DNA of 64,000 nt from Alphaproteobacteria bacterium (GCA_965243135.1 OZ251539.1:2368001-2432000), one strand, 5' to 3'. Positions 50,550-61,641 are shown, numbered from the stretch's first letter. Made by a program: numbers and translations. The notes: generated from the sequence alone by a model not told the origin.

Positions 50550-51600
50550 GAACTTGAATCTAACTCCGTGAAATCGGAAAGACGACCCCAAGCTGTCAGT
50601 ATGTCGGTAACGGACGACCGGTCCATGTATGGTCTGTCCTGTTTTGGAACGTTCTCGACGCGCTCCTGCAAGGAGAGGGGTTTGCGCCGCGCCGCCCTGC
50701 ATCGGTTGACCGCTCTCGCGTCGGTCCCGGCAGCCGCCGAACATGCAGCTTCGGCAATGGGAAAGGCGACTCGGTCGGAACGACGTTCGGACCGCGCCGC
50801 GCGACGGTCGTCGACGTGCCGCACGGTCGGGATCGCACCGAAGGAGCCGCAGGCCGACGACGACGGACGCTCGCCGTCTCCATGCCTTTGGCCAAGGCGT
50901 AGCGAACGCCGAAGAGAAGCGAGATCGCGGACCGCTTCGGCGGCCCTCAAGCTGGGCGTTCGGGCGACGGGGAACTCGTCGAGCGCGAAGGACGAGGCGG
51001 CAAGGAGTTCCGCGCCGGTCGGGTCTCTAAGCGCTCGGCCTGCCCCTCGCGGGGTTCGGGTTGACTTGTGCGCGTCGCCGGCAGGGCTCGCCGTGCCGCT
51101 GCCCCCCTCGTCTTCCGCCGACCCCCGGCGGAAAGGGCCGGCGCGCTCGTCGTTCTCTCCGTCGGCAGCTTTTCGCTGCGCGACTTCCGCATCATGCGTT
51201 CCGAGGCTTGCGTTCACCCGCGCGTCGGCCTGCATGTTCGCCGAGCGGCCTTCTTCTTCCGGCCTGCGCCCCTTAAACCGCCCCGGCCGCGCCGGAACGC
51301 CGGAACGACAGTTGTTGGTCGCGCGCGCATCGACGCCTTTCCACGGCGCGCAGAACGCGGAACGGTTATCTCGCGCAGCGGCGCGAGTCCGGGAGCGACA
51401 TGCCAAATGCTGCATGCCGCGGGGCGAGCGGGCTCCGGCGCTTGGCGGTCCGCGCGACCCTCGCGAGCCTGCCCGCAGGCAGCCGGCCGCGGGACGCCGA
51501 ACGGACGGCAGCCGACAAAATGGCGCAGCGCAACCGTCTCGGCTTTGCCGGAGGTTGCGAAGGCGCTATGGTCGATCGGCAATCCCAGTCAGGAGGAACC

Positions 51601-51993
51601 ATGTCCGGACCCGAAGTCACCAAGCAGGACATCATGAACGCATGCGAAGGCATGCTTCAAAAACAGCTCTACGTCGTTCATACCTTCCCGACGAACGGCT
51701 TGGGACCGGTGATGGAAAACATCGAGCCCCACCTGAAATTCCAGATCGAACTGGAGGAAAAGGGCATCATGTTCGGTGCCGGTCCGTTCTGGGACGACGC
51801 CGAGGAAAAATGGGAAGGCGAAGGCATGGTCATCATCCGCGCCGGCTCCCTCGCCGAAGCGAAGGAAATCGCCGCCAGCGACCCGATGCACGCCAGCGGC
51901 GCGCGCGACTACACCGTGCGCCCGTGGCTGATGAACGAAGGCACGGTTACGGTAAAGGTTCGCTACTCGGACGGAAGCCGCGAACTGATCTGA
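51601..51993 (+). CDS. YciI/muconolactone-isomerase-like protein
   Basis: ATG 51601 after AGGAGG; HLKFQ..LEEKG..GAGP..GMVIIRA.SL.EA..IA..DPMH..R.Y.VRPW..NEG. Confidence 0.85.
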   Translation: MSGPEVTKQDIMNACEGMLQKQLYVVHTFPTNGLGPVMENIEPHLKFQIELEEKGIMFGAGPFWDDAEEKWEGEGMVIIRAGSLAEAKEIAASDPMHASGARDYTVRPWLMNEGTVTVKVRYSDGSRELI

Positions 51994-52093
51994 CGCTTCT
52001 GCCGACGGACCGCCCTCCTTCGGCGCGCCGGGACGGAACGGTCCCGGGAGCCTTTCGCCGGGCCGGCGACGGTCGTCGGGCGGCAGGCCCGGC

Positions 52094-52828
52094 CTATCGC
52101 GCTCCCGACACGTTCAGCACGGTTCCCGAAACGTAGCTCGCGGCGTCGGACAGGAGCCACAGGACGGCGTTCGCCACCTCCGCGGCTTCGCCCGCGCGCG
52201 CCATCGGCAATGCGGGAGCGACCGCCTCCAGGCGTCCGGGCGGCTGAATTTCCGTGTCGATCACGCCGGGGCTGACGGCGGCCACGCGGATGCCTTCGCC
52301 GGCGACTTCCTGCGCGAACCCGAACGTGAACGCGTTGACGGCGGCCTTGGCCGCGCCGTAGTGGACGAGGGAGCCGGCGCCGCCGAGTTCCGAAGTGCGC
52401 GACGACAGGTTCACGATCGCGCCGCCGTTCCCGCCGCGCCGCAACGACATGCGCTTCGCCGCTTCCCGGGCGCAGAGGATCGTTCCGACGACGTTCACCA
52501 TCATGTGCCGGACCAGCGCGCCGCCGTCGATTTCGTCGACGCGGGACAGCGGATCGAGGATCCCCGCCGAATTGACCAGACCGTCCACCCGCCCCAATTC
52601 GCCGTCGCAGGTCGCGAAAAGACGGAGAACGTCCGCCTCGACCGATACGTCGCCTTTGACGGCGACCGCCCGGCGCCCGGCGGCGCGGACCCGGTCCGCG
52701 ACCTCTTCCGCCCGCGCGGCGTTTTTCCGGTAGTTGACGCAGACGTCCCAACCGCCTTCGGCGGCTCCCGCCGCGGTCGCCGCGCCGATGCCGCGGCTTC
52801 CGCCCGTTACGATCAGCACTTTTCGCAT
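52094..52828 (-). CDS. SDR family oxidoreductase
   Basis: VTGGSRGIG, LVNSAG, YxxxK in HYGAAK, VSPGVIDT. Confidence 0.92.
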   Translation of the reverse strand: MRKVLIVTGGSRGIGAATAAGAAEGGWDVCVNYRKNAARAEEVADRVRAAGRRAVAVKGDVSVEADVLRLFATCDGELGRVDGLVNSAGILDPLSRVDEIDGGALVRHMMVNVVGTILCAREAAKRMSLRRGGNGGAIVNLSSRTSELGGAGSLVHYGAAKAAVNAFTFGFAQEVAGEGIRVAAVSPGVIDTEIQPPGRLEAVAPALPMARAGEAAEVANAVLWLLSDAASYVSGTVLNVSGAR

Positions 52829-53007
52829 TGCCGCCCCCGGCACCTTTCGCGTTGCCTCCGCTGGTCGGCAATCGAACAGCCCGGAGCGGCGGTGTCAACG
52901 TCCGGAGGCGGCGGAGGCCCGCCGTTTCCGAAGCGCGAATCCCGCCGAATTGACCCGACCGCCTCGGACCCCGAAAATGCCGGAAAAGGGAACGGACAGG
53001 CGAACCG

Positions 53008-55068
53008 TTGACGAACGAAGGCAGCATCCGGCTGGCGGCGGATATCGGGGGCACGTTCACCGACGTCGCCGCCTTCGATCCGGCCTCCGGACGCCTCGTC
53101 TTCGCCAAGACGTTGTCGACGTCCGATTCGCTTATCGACGGAATCGAGGAGGGAGCGAAAAAAAGCGGCGCCGCGTTCGCCGACGCCGACCTTTTCCTGC
53201 ACGGTTCCACGATCGCCATCAACACGATTCTGGAACGGACCGGGGCGCGAACGGCGCTTCTGATCACGCGCGGCTTCCGCGACATATACGAAATCGGGCG
53301 CGTCAACCGGCCGGATTCCTACAATCTCTTCTTTCGCAAGCACGAGCCGCTCGTCGAACGGGCGCTGCGCTTCGAAGCGGCGGAACGCATGTACGCCGAA
53401 GGCGCCGTTCGGGAACCGCTCGACGAAGAGCAGGTGACCTCCCTCTGCGCGGACCTGCGCGCCGAGGGCGTCGAAGCGGTCGCGATCCTGTTCCTTCACT
53501 GCTACGCGAATCCCGGGCACGAATTGCGGGCGCGCGAGATCGTCGAGCGCGAACTGCCGGACGCCTTCGTTTCGACCTCCCACGAACTCACCCGCGAGTA
53601 CCGCGAATTCGAACGTTGTTCCACGGTGGTCGCGAACGCCTACGTCGGCCCCCGCGTGCGCGGCTATCTCGGCGGAATCGACCGGCGAATCCGCGCCCGC
53701 GGATTCGAGGGATCGTTTCTCGTGGTCCAGTCGACCGGCGGCCTTTACGCCAGCGAACAGGCGGAGCGGCAATGCATTCGCATGCTTGAATCGGGCCCGG
53801 CCGCGGGCGTCGTCGGAACGCGCGCGCTGTGCGAAGCGACCGGAATGCAAAACGCCATCGCGTTCGACATGGGAGGAACGACGGCGAAAGCGGGCGTCGT
53901 CCAGGACGGCGCGGCGCTGACCACCGGCAGCGCTCTCGTCGGCGGTACCGGCCTGCCCGTCCAAATCGCGATGATGGACATCTTCGAGGTCGGCACGGGC
54001 GGCGGGTCCGTCGCGCATGTCGAGACGGAAGGCGGTTTCCGCGTGGGCCCCCGCAGCGCGGGCGCGCGGCCGGGCCCGGCATGCTACGGCTTCGGCGGCC
54101 TTGAGCCGACCGTGACCGACGCCAATCTCCTGCTCGGCCGGCTGGACTCCGAACGGTTTCTCGGCGGCGAGATGACGCTCGACGCCGCGGCGGCGGAAGA
54201 CGCCGTTCGAAACCGGATCGCGGACCCGTTCGGCATGGATGCGATCGCGGCGGCGCGGGGCATTCTTCGCGTCGCCGTCACCTCGATGTCGCACGCCGTC
54301 CGGGCCGTCACGACGGAACGCGGGTTGCATGCGGGCGACTTCGCCATGGTCGCCTATGGCGGCGCGGGTCCGCTGCACGCCTGCGACATCGCCCGGGAGA
54401 TGGGAATATGCCGCGTCGTCATCCCGCCTTCTCCGGGCCATTTTTCGGCTTTCGGCATGTTGTTCTCCGACTTGCGCCACGACTTCGTGCGATCATGCTT
54501 CATCCGCCTCGCCGAAGCGGATTTCGCCGATATCGACGCGATCTACGCGGAGCTCGAAGCGGAAGGCCGCAGAGAAATCGGAAGGGCGTCGGTCGCCCCC
54601 GAACGCGTCGTGATTTCCCGCGCCGCGGACATGCGCTACGTCGGGCAGGAGCACGCGGTCACCGTGAACCTCCCGCCCGGCAAACAGGATCGCGGCGCCG
54701 TCAAATCGCGGTTCGACGCCGAGCACGAATTGCGATACGGAACCTGCGCGCCGCAGGAGCAGGCGGAAATCGTCAGTCTGCGCCTCGCGGCGACGGGCAT
54801 CCTCGGAAAGCCGACGATCGGAACCGTCGCCCCGGGAGGCGGCTCTCCCCCGCCCGAAGCGCGAACCGGCGTCCGCAGGGTCGTCTTCGAGAGCGGCCCG
54901 GTCGAAGCGTCGACCTGGACCCGGCCGAAACTGCTCGCCGGAAACCGCATCGAGGGACCGGCGCTGATCGAGGAACACGCTTCGACCACGGCGCTGGAAC
55001 CCGGCGACGCGCTCGAAGTGGACGGGTTCGGCAACCTTTCGGTCGCCGTGAGAGGACGTCGGCCATGA
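53008..55068 (+). CDS. Hydantoinase/oxoprolinase family subunit A (ATP-binding)
   Basis: ADIGGTFTD, ESGPAAG, FDMGGTT, GTGGGS, PGPACYG..PTVTDA, YGGAGPLH. Confidence 0.93.
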   Translation: MTNEGSIRLAADIGGTFTDVAAFDPASGRLVFAKTLSTSDSLIDGIEEGAKKSGAAFADADLFLHGSTIAINTILERTGARTALLITRGFRDIYEIGRVNRPDSYNLFFRKHEPLVERALRFEAAERMYAEGAVREPLDEEQVTSLCADLRAEGVEAVAILFLHCYANPGHELRAREIVERELPDAFVSTSHELTREYREFERCSTVVANAYVGPRVRGYLGGIDRRIRARGFEGSFLVVQSTGGLYASEQAERQCIRMLESGPAAGVVGTRALCEATGMQNAIAFDMGGTTAKAGVVQDGAALTTGSALVGGTGLPVQIAMMDIFEVGTGGGSVAHVETEGGFRVGPRSAGARPGPACYGFGGLEPTVTDANLLLGRLDSERFLGGEMTLDAAAAEDAVRNRIADPFGMDAIAAARGILRVAVTSMSHAVRAVTTERGLHAGDFAMVAYGGAGPLHACDIAREMGICRVVIPPSPGHFSAFGMLFSDLRHDFVRSCFIRLAEADFADIDAIYAELEAEGRREIGRASVAPERVVISRAADMRYVGQEHAVTVNLPPGKQDRGAVKSRFDAEHELRYGTCAPQEQAEIVSLRLAATGILGKPTIGTVAPGGGSPPPEARTGVRRVVFESGPVEASTWTRPKLLAGNRIEGPALIEEHASTTALEPGDALEVDGFGNLSVAVRGRRP

Positions 55069-56813
55069 ACGAAAGAACGGTCGACCCGGTGATCACCGAG
55101 ATCGTGCGCAACGGCGTCGTCGCGATCACCGAGGAGATGAAGGCCAACCTCATGCGCACCGCCTACAACATGATCATCTACGAAGCGCTAGACTTCACGG
55201 TGGGGCTGTTCACCGCCCGCGGAGAAACCGTCTCCATCGGACTCGGGCTGCCGATGTTCATTCGCGGCATGGCGGAGACGATCAAGGCGAAACTCAGGCA
55301 TTTCGGCCCGGAGGGAATAAAACAGGGCGACATTCTGCTGACCAACGACGCATACATCACGGGCAGTCATCTCAACCACATGACGTTCTCCCTGCCGGTA
55401 TTCGTCGACGGCGAACTGGCCGCTTTCGCTTGCTGCATGGCGCACTGGCCCGACATCGGGGGCACGCTCGACGGGATCACGACCGACATCTATTCCGAAG
55501 GCTTGCAACTTCCGATCGTGAAGTACCGGCGCGAAGGGGTCGTGAACGAGGAACTTGTCGACATCATCAGGGCCAATGTCAGGCTTCCCGACCGCGCGAT
55601 GGGCGATCTGCGCGCGCAACTGACGGCGATCGCGACCGGCGAAACCAGATACCTCGAGCTCATCGAGAGATACGGGAAGGAGCGGGTCGCGGCTTCGATC
55701 GAGGAGATCATGGACCGGTCCGAACGGACGGCCCGCGCGAACGCGCGGTCGATACCCGACGGAGTCTACGAGGCCGAATCGTTCATGGACGACGACGGCG
55801 TCGACATTTCGACGCCGATCCCCATCCGGGTGCGCGTGATCGTCGAAGGCGACGAAATGACGGTCGATCTTTCGGACGTCGCCGAACAGGTGCGCGGTTT
55901 CTACAACTCGGGCGTCACGACGGGCCACGCCTGCGCGCAGGTCGCGTTCAAGTGCCTGACTTCCCCGACCGACTACCCCATCAACGACGGCTCCTTCCGC
56001 AACCTGAAGACCGTCGTCCCGGCCGGGCGCGTGATCAGCGCCGTAAAGCCGGCGCCCATGCGCTGGTGGATGACCTTTCCGATGACCATCGTCGACACCA
56101 TCTTCAGGGCGCTGACGCCGGCCATCCCCGACAGGACCATTGCAGGTCATCACGCGGACCTCGTCATCGGCATGCTCAACGGGATCAATTCGCGAACCAA
56201 CGAATTCTATATCGCGTTCATCGGCCCGACGGGCGGCGGCTGGGGCGCCAAGAAATCGGAAGACGGGGTAAGCGCGACCGTCTGCATCAACGACGGCGAC
56301 ACGCATAACAGCCCGGCGGAACAGCTGGAGGCCAAGTATCCGCTGCTGATCGAAAGCTACGCGCTGCGCGGCGACTCCGGCGGCGCGGGAGAACGGCGGG
56401 GAGGGCTCGGCTGCGAGAACGTCGTCGAGGCGAGAGACGATCTGATGCTGAACGCCCAGGTCGACCGGATGCATTGCAAGCCTTGGGGCCTCGAGGGAGG
56501 TCTGGACGCCGCCGGAAACCAGGTAACCCTGCGGATCGACGGAGTCTGGCGCGAAGATTATCCGAACGCCAAGTTGCTCACGGCCCGCATCAAGGCCGGA
56601 GACGCTTTCGCCGTGCGTTCGGGCGGCGGCGGCGGGTTCGGCGATCCTCTGTCGCGGCCGGCGCCGGAAGTGGCTTCGGACGTCCGAAACGGATACGTGT
56701 CCGCGGCGGCGGCGCGCAGGGATTACGGCGTCGTCTGCAACGAGGGCGAACTGGACGAAGAGGCCACCGATCGACTGCGCGCCGAACGACGCGCGGCGGC
56801 AAGGGGGGATTGA
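55065..56813 (+). CDS. Hydantoinase B/oxoprolinase family subunit B
   Basis: ATGA overlap with subunit A; NDAY..GSHLNH, HWPDIGG, GGGWGA, DSGGAG..RGG, GGGGFGDP. Confidence 0.93.
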   Translation: MNERTVDPVITEIVRNGVVAITEEMKANLMRTAYNMIIYEALDFTVGLFTARGETVSIGLGLPMFIRGMAETIKAKLRHFGPEGIKQGDILLTNDAYITGSHLNHMTFSLPVFVDGELAAFACCMAHWPDIGGTLDGITTDIYSEGLQLPIVKYRREGVVNEELVDIIRANVRLPDRAMGDLRAQLTAIATGETRYLELIERYGKERVAASIEEIMDRSERTARANARSIPDGVYEAESFMDDDGVDISTPIPIRVRVIVEGDEMTVDLSDVAEQVRGFYNSGVTTGHACAQVAFKCLTSPTDYPINDGSFRNLKTVVPAGRVISAVKPAPMRWWMTFPMTIVDTIFRALTPAIPDRTIAGHHADLVIGMLNGINSRTNEFYIAFIGPTGGGWGAKKSEDGVSATVCINDGDTHNSPAEQLEAKYPLLIESYALRGDSGGAGERRGGLGCENVVEARDDLMLNAQVDRMHCKPWGLEGGLDAAGNQVTLRIDGVWREDYPNAKLLTARIKAGDAFAVRSGGGGGFGDPLSRPAPEVASDVRNGYVSAAAARRDYGVVCNEGELDEEATDRLRAERRAAARGD

Positions 56814-57073
56814 AATCCGGCGCGGCGCAACCGGGCGAACCCGGCGCCTGCCCCGGCCTTTCTCCTCCGGCGGGAGGAGAAGTCCCGAAAGAACGGCCGG
56901 GTTCGGGCTGCGGTCGGAAAGCTTGCCGCCCGGCCCGCCTGCCCGCTTCTTCGGAAAGGAGACGCCGCGGCGTCCGTCGGCGCTGCCGGCCCTCCGCCCG
57001 GACATCGCAACGAATCTTCGCCGGACGAATTTCCCGAAACATGGAAATTGCGCCATTTGCATGGACAACTTGG

Positions 57074-57092
57074 TTGACATATCATATGACAA
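57074..57092. promoter_or_regulatory. Imperfect palindrome TTGACATAT-C-ATATGACAA overlapping a TTGACA -35-like box upstream of fic
   Basis: 8 of 9 positions pair; lies in an AT-rich patch about 60 bp upstream of the fic start. Confidence 0.4.
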
Positions 57093-57150
57093 ATAGAGGC
57101 TAAGAAATAAAATAACTGTTAAATATCAAAGTGTTGAAACGATAAGGGAA

Positions 57151-58368
57151 GTGACAACAGGGTTGACAGGCAAACGGTCATACGAACGGACGCATCCTTG
57201 GTTGACCTTTCGGTTCGACCTGAACCGATTGCGCTCGGCGGACTGGCTGGCCCTCGGAGAAGCGGCTTCCAAGAGCGAACACATCGCGGGCGCAGCTCTC
57301 GACCCCGAGATCGCGGACAATCTTCACAGCCTGTATCTCGCCAGGGGCGCGCTCGCGACGACAGCGATCGAAGGCAACACATTGTCGGAGAGCGAGGTCC
57401 GGGAACGCATCGACGGCACGCTGCGATTGCCCCCGTCTCGCGAATATCTGGGTCGGGAAATCGACAACATTGTCGACGCCTGCAACATGCTCGCCAACGA
57501 ACTGGACGAGAAGAACCGCATTCCGCTGACCGTCGAACGGATCAGGTGGATGAACGAAATGGCGTTGCGCAATTTGAAGGCCGAGGACCACATAGCGCCG
57601 GGTCGGATCCGAAGGACCGACGTATCCGTCGGCAGCTATCGTTGCCCGAATTGGCAAGACGCGGAATTTCTCTTGTCGCGGCTATGCACGGTGCTGGAAT
57701 CGTTCGCTTTGCCGCAGGGCGATCAGGTTCCCCATGCGATCCTGAAAGCGATATTCGCCCATCTCTACCTGGTATGGATTCATCCGTTCGGCGACGGCAA
57801 CGGCCGCACGGCGCGCCTCGTCGAATTGGCCATCCTGCTGGAAGCCGGCGTGCCGTTGCCCGCCTGCCATCTGTTGAGCAGTCACTACAACCTGACGCGA
57901 ACCGAATACTATCGGCAGCTGGCGCAAGCCAGCCGGACGGAAAACGGAATATACCGGTTCGCAGCCTATGCCATCGCCGGGCTGGTCGATGGATTGCGCG
58001 GGCAGATCGAGGAAATCCGGGAGCACCAACTGGATGTCGCGTGGATCAACTTCGTCTACCGGCGGTTTCGCGACATGAAAGGCTCGGGCGCGCGACGCCT
58101 GCGCACCCTGGCCTTGGCTCTGCCGCAGGTTCGGGAAGAGACCGCGGTCGACCAACTGCCGAATCTCACCGCCGACCTCGCGCGAGCCTATGCGAACGTC
58201 TCGCGCAGAACGCTGGTCCGCGACGTCGACGCGCTTGAGCGGATGGGCTTGCTATTGCGCGGCCGGGGCACCGTAAGAGCGGGCCGCGAACAAATCCTCG
58301 CGTTGTTGCCTTGGCGGAACCGTACTGCCGCCGAACAGGCAGCCGGGCGGAACGGTTCGGCCCTCTGA
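57151..58368 (+). CDS. Fic family protein (class II, N-terminal inhibitory helix, C-terminal HTH-like region)
   Basis: Intact HPFGDGNGRTAR; inhibitory (S/T)xxxE(G/N) motif in TTAIEGN; C-terminal VSRRTLVRDVDAL helix. Confidence 0.92.
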   Translation: MTTGLTGKRSYERTHPWLTFRFDLNRLRSADWLALGEAASKSEHIAGAALDPEIADNLHSLYLARGALATTAIEGNTLSESEVRERIDGTLRLPPSREYLGREIDNIVDACNMLANELDEKNRIPLTVERIRWMNEMALRNLKAEDHIAPGRIRRTDVSVGSYRCPNWQDAEFLLSRLCTVLESFALPQGDQVPHAILKAIFAHLYLVWIHPFGDGNGRTARLVELAILLEAGVPLPACHLLSSHYNLTRTEYYRQLAQASRTENGIYRFAAYAIAGLVDGLRGQIEEIREHQLDVAWINFVYRRFRDMKGSGARRLRTLALALPQVREETAVDQLPNLTADLARAYANVSRRTLVRDVDALERMGLLLRGRGTVRAGREQILALLPWRNRTAAEQAAGRNGSAL

Positions 58369-58705
58369 ACGCCAATCAATGAAAGCGGCCGCCTGAAACG
58401 AGCCCGGGTTGCCCGGCTCTTCGCTCGCCGCTCGGCGGACGCAGGACCAAGAGCTGGCCACCCAGACGATTCACGCCGGTTGTCGATGTCCGGCGACGGC
58501 GAGGTCCCCTCGCGGTCCAGCCTTTCTTCCCCTGGACTGGCCCGGTCCCGTTGCGCGACATGGATTCGGCAGCGCGCGTTGGCGTCGAGGCCAGGATCGG
58601 CAAAACCATGTAATGTCTCCGCTCTCTCGCTTCCGTCCGAAAAACCGGCGGCGGCGCGGCGCCGGTCGCGAACGGCGAACCTGCGCCATTCCAAAGGAAC
58701 TCCAT

Positions 58706-60322
58706 ATGAACGTTGCAAGCATCGTCGTCGAAACGTTGATCGCCAACGGCATCGACCAGCTCTATTGCCTTCCCGGCGTTCAGAACGATCCCTTTTTCGA
58801 CGCGCTCCACGACCGGACGGACGCCTTGGCGCCCGTCCAGACGCGTCATGAACAGGGGGCGGCCTACATGGCCACGGGCGCGGCGTTGGCGACAGGCCGG
58901 CCGCAGGCCTTCTGCGTGGTGCCCGGTCCCGGGTTTCTCAACGCGACGGCCGCCCTTTCGACGGCGTGGGCGGTCAACGCGCCGGTTCTGGCGCTGGTCG
59001 GACAGATCCCGCTTGGCGCCATCGGCAAGGGCCGCGGCCTTCTGCATGAAATACCCGATCAGCTGGGCATGATGAGAAGCCTGACCAAACAGGCGAAACG
59101 GATCTCCGGCGGCGCCGAAGCGCATGCCGTCCTGCAGGACGCGTTCGCCGCATTGCGCTCCGGCCGTCCGCGGCCGGTCGGGGTGGAAGTGCCGGTGGAC
59201 GTCTGGTCGGCCGAACTTCCGGAAGCGCCGGCCGACCTCGTATCCGCCCCGCGGGGAACTCCGGCCGTCGACGAGGAGGCGATCGCGAGGGCCGCTGCGC
59301 TGCTCTCGAACGCGGAGCGCCCGCTCATCGTGGTCGGCGGAGGCGCGAGGGATTTCAGCGAGGAAATAACGCGGCTCGCCGAAACCCTGTCGGCCCCGGT
59401 CCTCTCCTTCCGCAACGGGAAAGGGGTCGTTTCCGCCGACAACCCCCTTTCCATCGGGATGCCCGTCGCGCACGACCTGTGGGGCAAGGTAGACGTCGCG
59501 CTCGGTCTCGGCACCAGGCTGAGCCAGCGGATGGCCTGGGGCGTGGACGAGGGCCTCAAGATCGTCCACGTCGACATCGACCCGGAGGAAATCCGCCGTT
59601 TCGGCGACCCCGATCTGGCCGTCAACGCCGATCTGGCCGACGCGCTGCCTGCCCTTCTGGGCGCTCTCGAAGGCCGCGAGCGCCGCGACTGGCTCGCGGA
59701 GACGACCGCGGCCAAGAATCGTTTCGCCGCCGTCTACGCCGACCGGCTCGCCCCGCAGATGGCCTGGCTGAACGCGATCCGCGCCGAACTGCCGCGGGAC
59801 GGCATATTCGTCGACGAGCTGACGCAGATGGGATACGTCTCGCGCTTCGCCTTCGACTGCTACGCGCCGCGCACCTTCGTTTCGACCGGTTACCAAGGAA
59901 CGCTGGGCTACGGCTTCGCGACCGCCCTCGGAGTCGCCCATGCCCGGCGCGACGTGCCGGTCGTCGCGATCTCCGGCGACGGCGGCGCCCTGTTCGCGAT
60001 CGGCGAAATGGCCACGGCCGTGCATCACCGGATTCCGCTGACGACGGTGGTCTTCAACGACAACGCTTTCGGCAACGTTCGCCTGCTGCAGAAGGACCAT
60101 TACGACAGCCGCTTCATCGCCAGCGATCTGACGAGTCCCGATTTCGCGAAGCTTGCGGAAAGCTTCGGCGCCCGGGGACTCCGCGCCGCCACGCCGGAGG
60201 AACTGCGGACGCGGTTGCGGGAAGCGTTCGGGTCGCGGGAGCCCGCCCTGATCGAAGTGCCCGTCGGCGAACTGCCGAGTCCGTGGGAGTTCCTGATGAT
60301 GCCGAAGGTGCGGGGACGATAG
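58706..60322 (+). CDS. Thiamine diphosphate-dependent enzyme (acetolactate synthase large subunit-like)
   Basis: LPGVQN, RHEQGAAYMA, VPGPG; ThDP motif GDGG...NDN. Confidence 0.92.
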   Translation: MNVASIVVETLIANGIDQLYCLPGVQNDPFFDALHDRTDALAPVQTRHEQGAAYMATGAALATGRPQAFCVVPGPGFLNATAALSTAWAVNAPVLALVGQIPLGAIGKGRGLLHEIPDQLGMMRSLTKQAKRISGGAEAHAVLQDAFAALRSGRPRPVGVEVPVDVWSAELPEAPADLVSAPRGTPAVDEEAIARAAALLSNAERPLIVVGGGARDFSEEITRLAETLSAPVLSFRNGKGVVSADNPLSIGMPVAHDLWGKVDVALGLGTRLSQRMAWGVDEGLKIVHVDIDPEEIRRFGDPDLAVNADLADALPALLGALEGRERRDWLAETTAAKNRFAAVYADRLAPQMAWLNAIRAELPRDGIFVDELTQMGYVSRFAFDCYAPRTFVSTGYQGTLGYGFATALGVAHARRDVPVVAISGDGGALFAIGEMATAVHHRIPLTTVVFNDNAFGNVRLLQKDHYDSRFIASDLTSPDFAKLAESFGARGLRAATPEELRTRLREAFGSREPALIEVPVGELPSPWEFLMMPKVRGR

Positions 60323-60432
60323 GACGGAGGCCCGAGGCGACGCCTTGCCGCCGCGGGACGCCGGTTCGCATGCCGGCCGGCGACGGAGGCCGACTCCGCC
60401 GAGGACGCCGTCGACGACGACGAACGGTAGAT

Positions 60433-61641
60433 CTACGCAGGCGCGCGCTCGGGAAGCGACATCAGCAATCCGACGAGCGCCGTGGCCGCCGCCAGCGCCA
60501 GATAGCCCGGAGCGAAAGATCCCGTAATCTGCGTCGCGAGGCCGAAGGCGGGCGGAGCCGTCACCACCCCGGCGAAGGTGACGAAAAGGCCGCCGCCGGT
60601 CGCCCTGCTGACCTCGTCCGGCGCGACTCGCCGCGAAACCTCGGCGAGATAGACGCCGTTCCACGCTACGCCCGTCGCTCCGAACGCCGCGCAAACGCCG
60701 TAGACCGCCCAATGCTGCCAATTCGCCGAGATCGCCGCCGTCGCCGCGGCGCTGGCCGCCATGCCGAACGCCAGGAGCGCCAGAATTCTTCCGCTCCGCC
60801 CGGTCGCGTCCGCCACGCCGCCCCAGAACACGCGCCCGACGACGCCCGCCGCCCCAAGGACGGAAAGCGCAAGGCCCGCGTCCCGGTTGGACCACCCTAT
60901 CCCGGTTTCGAGATAGGTGACGAGGAAATAGATGTAGCTCTGCTGAATCGCGGCGAACAGGAAGGAGCCAAGAACCAGCAGGCGCAGTTCCCTTCTCCGA
61001 AAAACCAGACGAAGCGGCGCCGCGACGCTGTCCCGCAGCAACGGCGCCGCCGGACGCAGATCGACGTCGAAACGGCGCCGCGGGATCTGAAGCGCCGCCG
61101 CTCCGAGAAGCACCGTCGCCGCTACCGCCCGCAACGCGCCCTGCCAATCCAGCAGGACGAGAAACATCGGGACGACCAACCCGGTAACGAGCCCGCCGAG
61201 AGGAACGCCCGTCTGCTTGATGGAAAAGACCAGAGAGAGAAATCGCGGGGGCGTGTGGCGGGAGAGAACGTGGCTGCTGGCGGGCGTCGTAGGGCCGTAG
61301 CCCAGCCCGCAAACCAGCGCCGACAGCGCCAGCAAGAGCCAGTGAGACCCGGAACCGGCAAGGACGCCGACGGCGCAAATCGCCATGGCTGCCTGGCTGA
61401 ACCGGATCGCGCCGTAACGCAGGACGAAACCGCTCGCGGTCAGGGTGCCGACCATCGCGCCCAGATATACGAGCGAAGCGTAGATCCCGATGTTCTCGGG
61501 TCCGATGCCGATGTCGCGGGCCGCCTTCGGCGCCGCCACGGACAAAGCGAGCGTCGCCATCGTGACCAGCACCTGAACCGAAGTCGTCGCGACGAGCGCG
61601 GTGGCGACGGCTCCCGCCGACCTGTCGGCGCTCGCGCGCAT
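60433..61641 (-). CDS. MFS transporter
   Basis: About 12 hydrophobic segments; GYGPTTPASS..SIKQTGVPLGG, GRVFWG..AD. Confidence 0.88.
   Translation of the reverse strand: MRASADRSAGAVATALVATTSVQVLVTMATLALSVAAPKAARDIGIGPENIGIYASLVYLGAMVGTLTASGFVLRYGAIRFSQAAMAICAVGVLAGSGSHWLLLALSALVCGLGYGPTTPASSHVLSRHTPPRFLSLVFSIKQTGVPLGGLVTGLVVPMFLVLLDWQGALRAVAATVLLGAAALQIPRRRFDVDLRPAAPLLRDSVAAPLRLVFRRRELRLLVLGSFLFAAIQQSYIYFLVTYLETGIGWSNRDAGLALSVLGAAGVVGRVFWGGVADATGRSGRILALLAFGMAASAAATAAISANWQHWAVYGVCAAFGATGVAWNGVYLAEVSRRVAPDEVSRATGGGLFVTFAGVVTAPPAFGLATQITGSFAPGYLALAAATALVGLLMSLPERAPA

Noticed and set aside
58370-58705. TPP riboswitch upstream of the ThDP enzyme
   Set aside because: The conserved CTGAGA core was not found.
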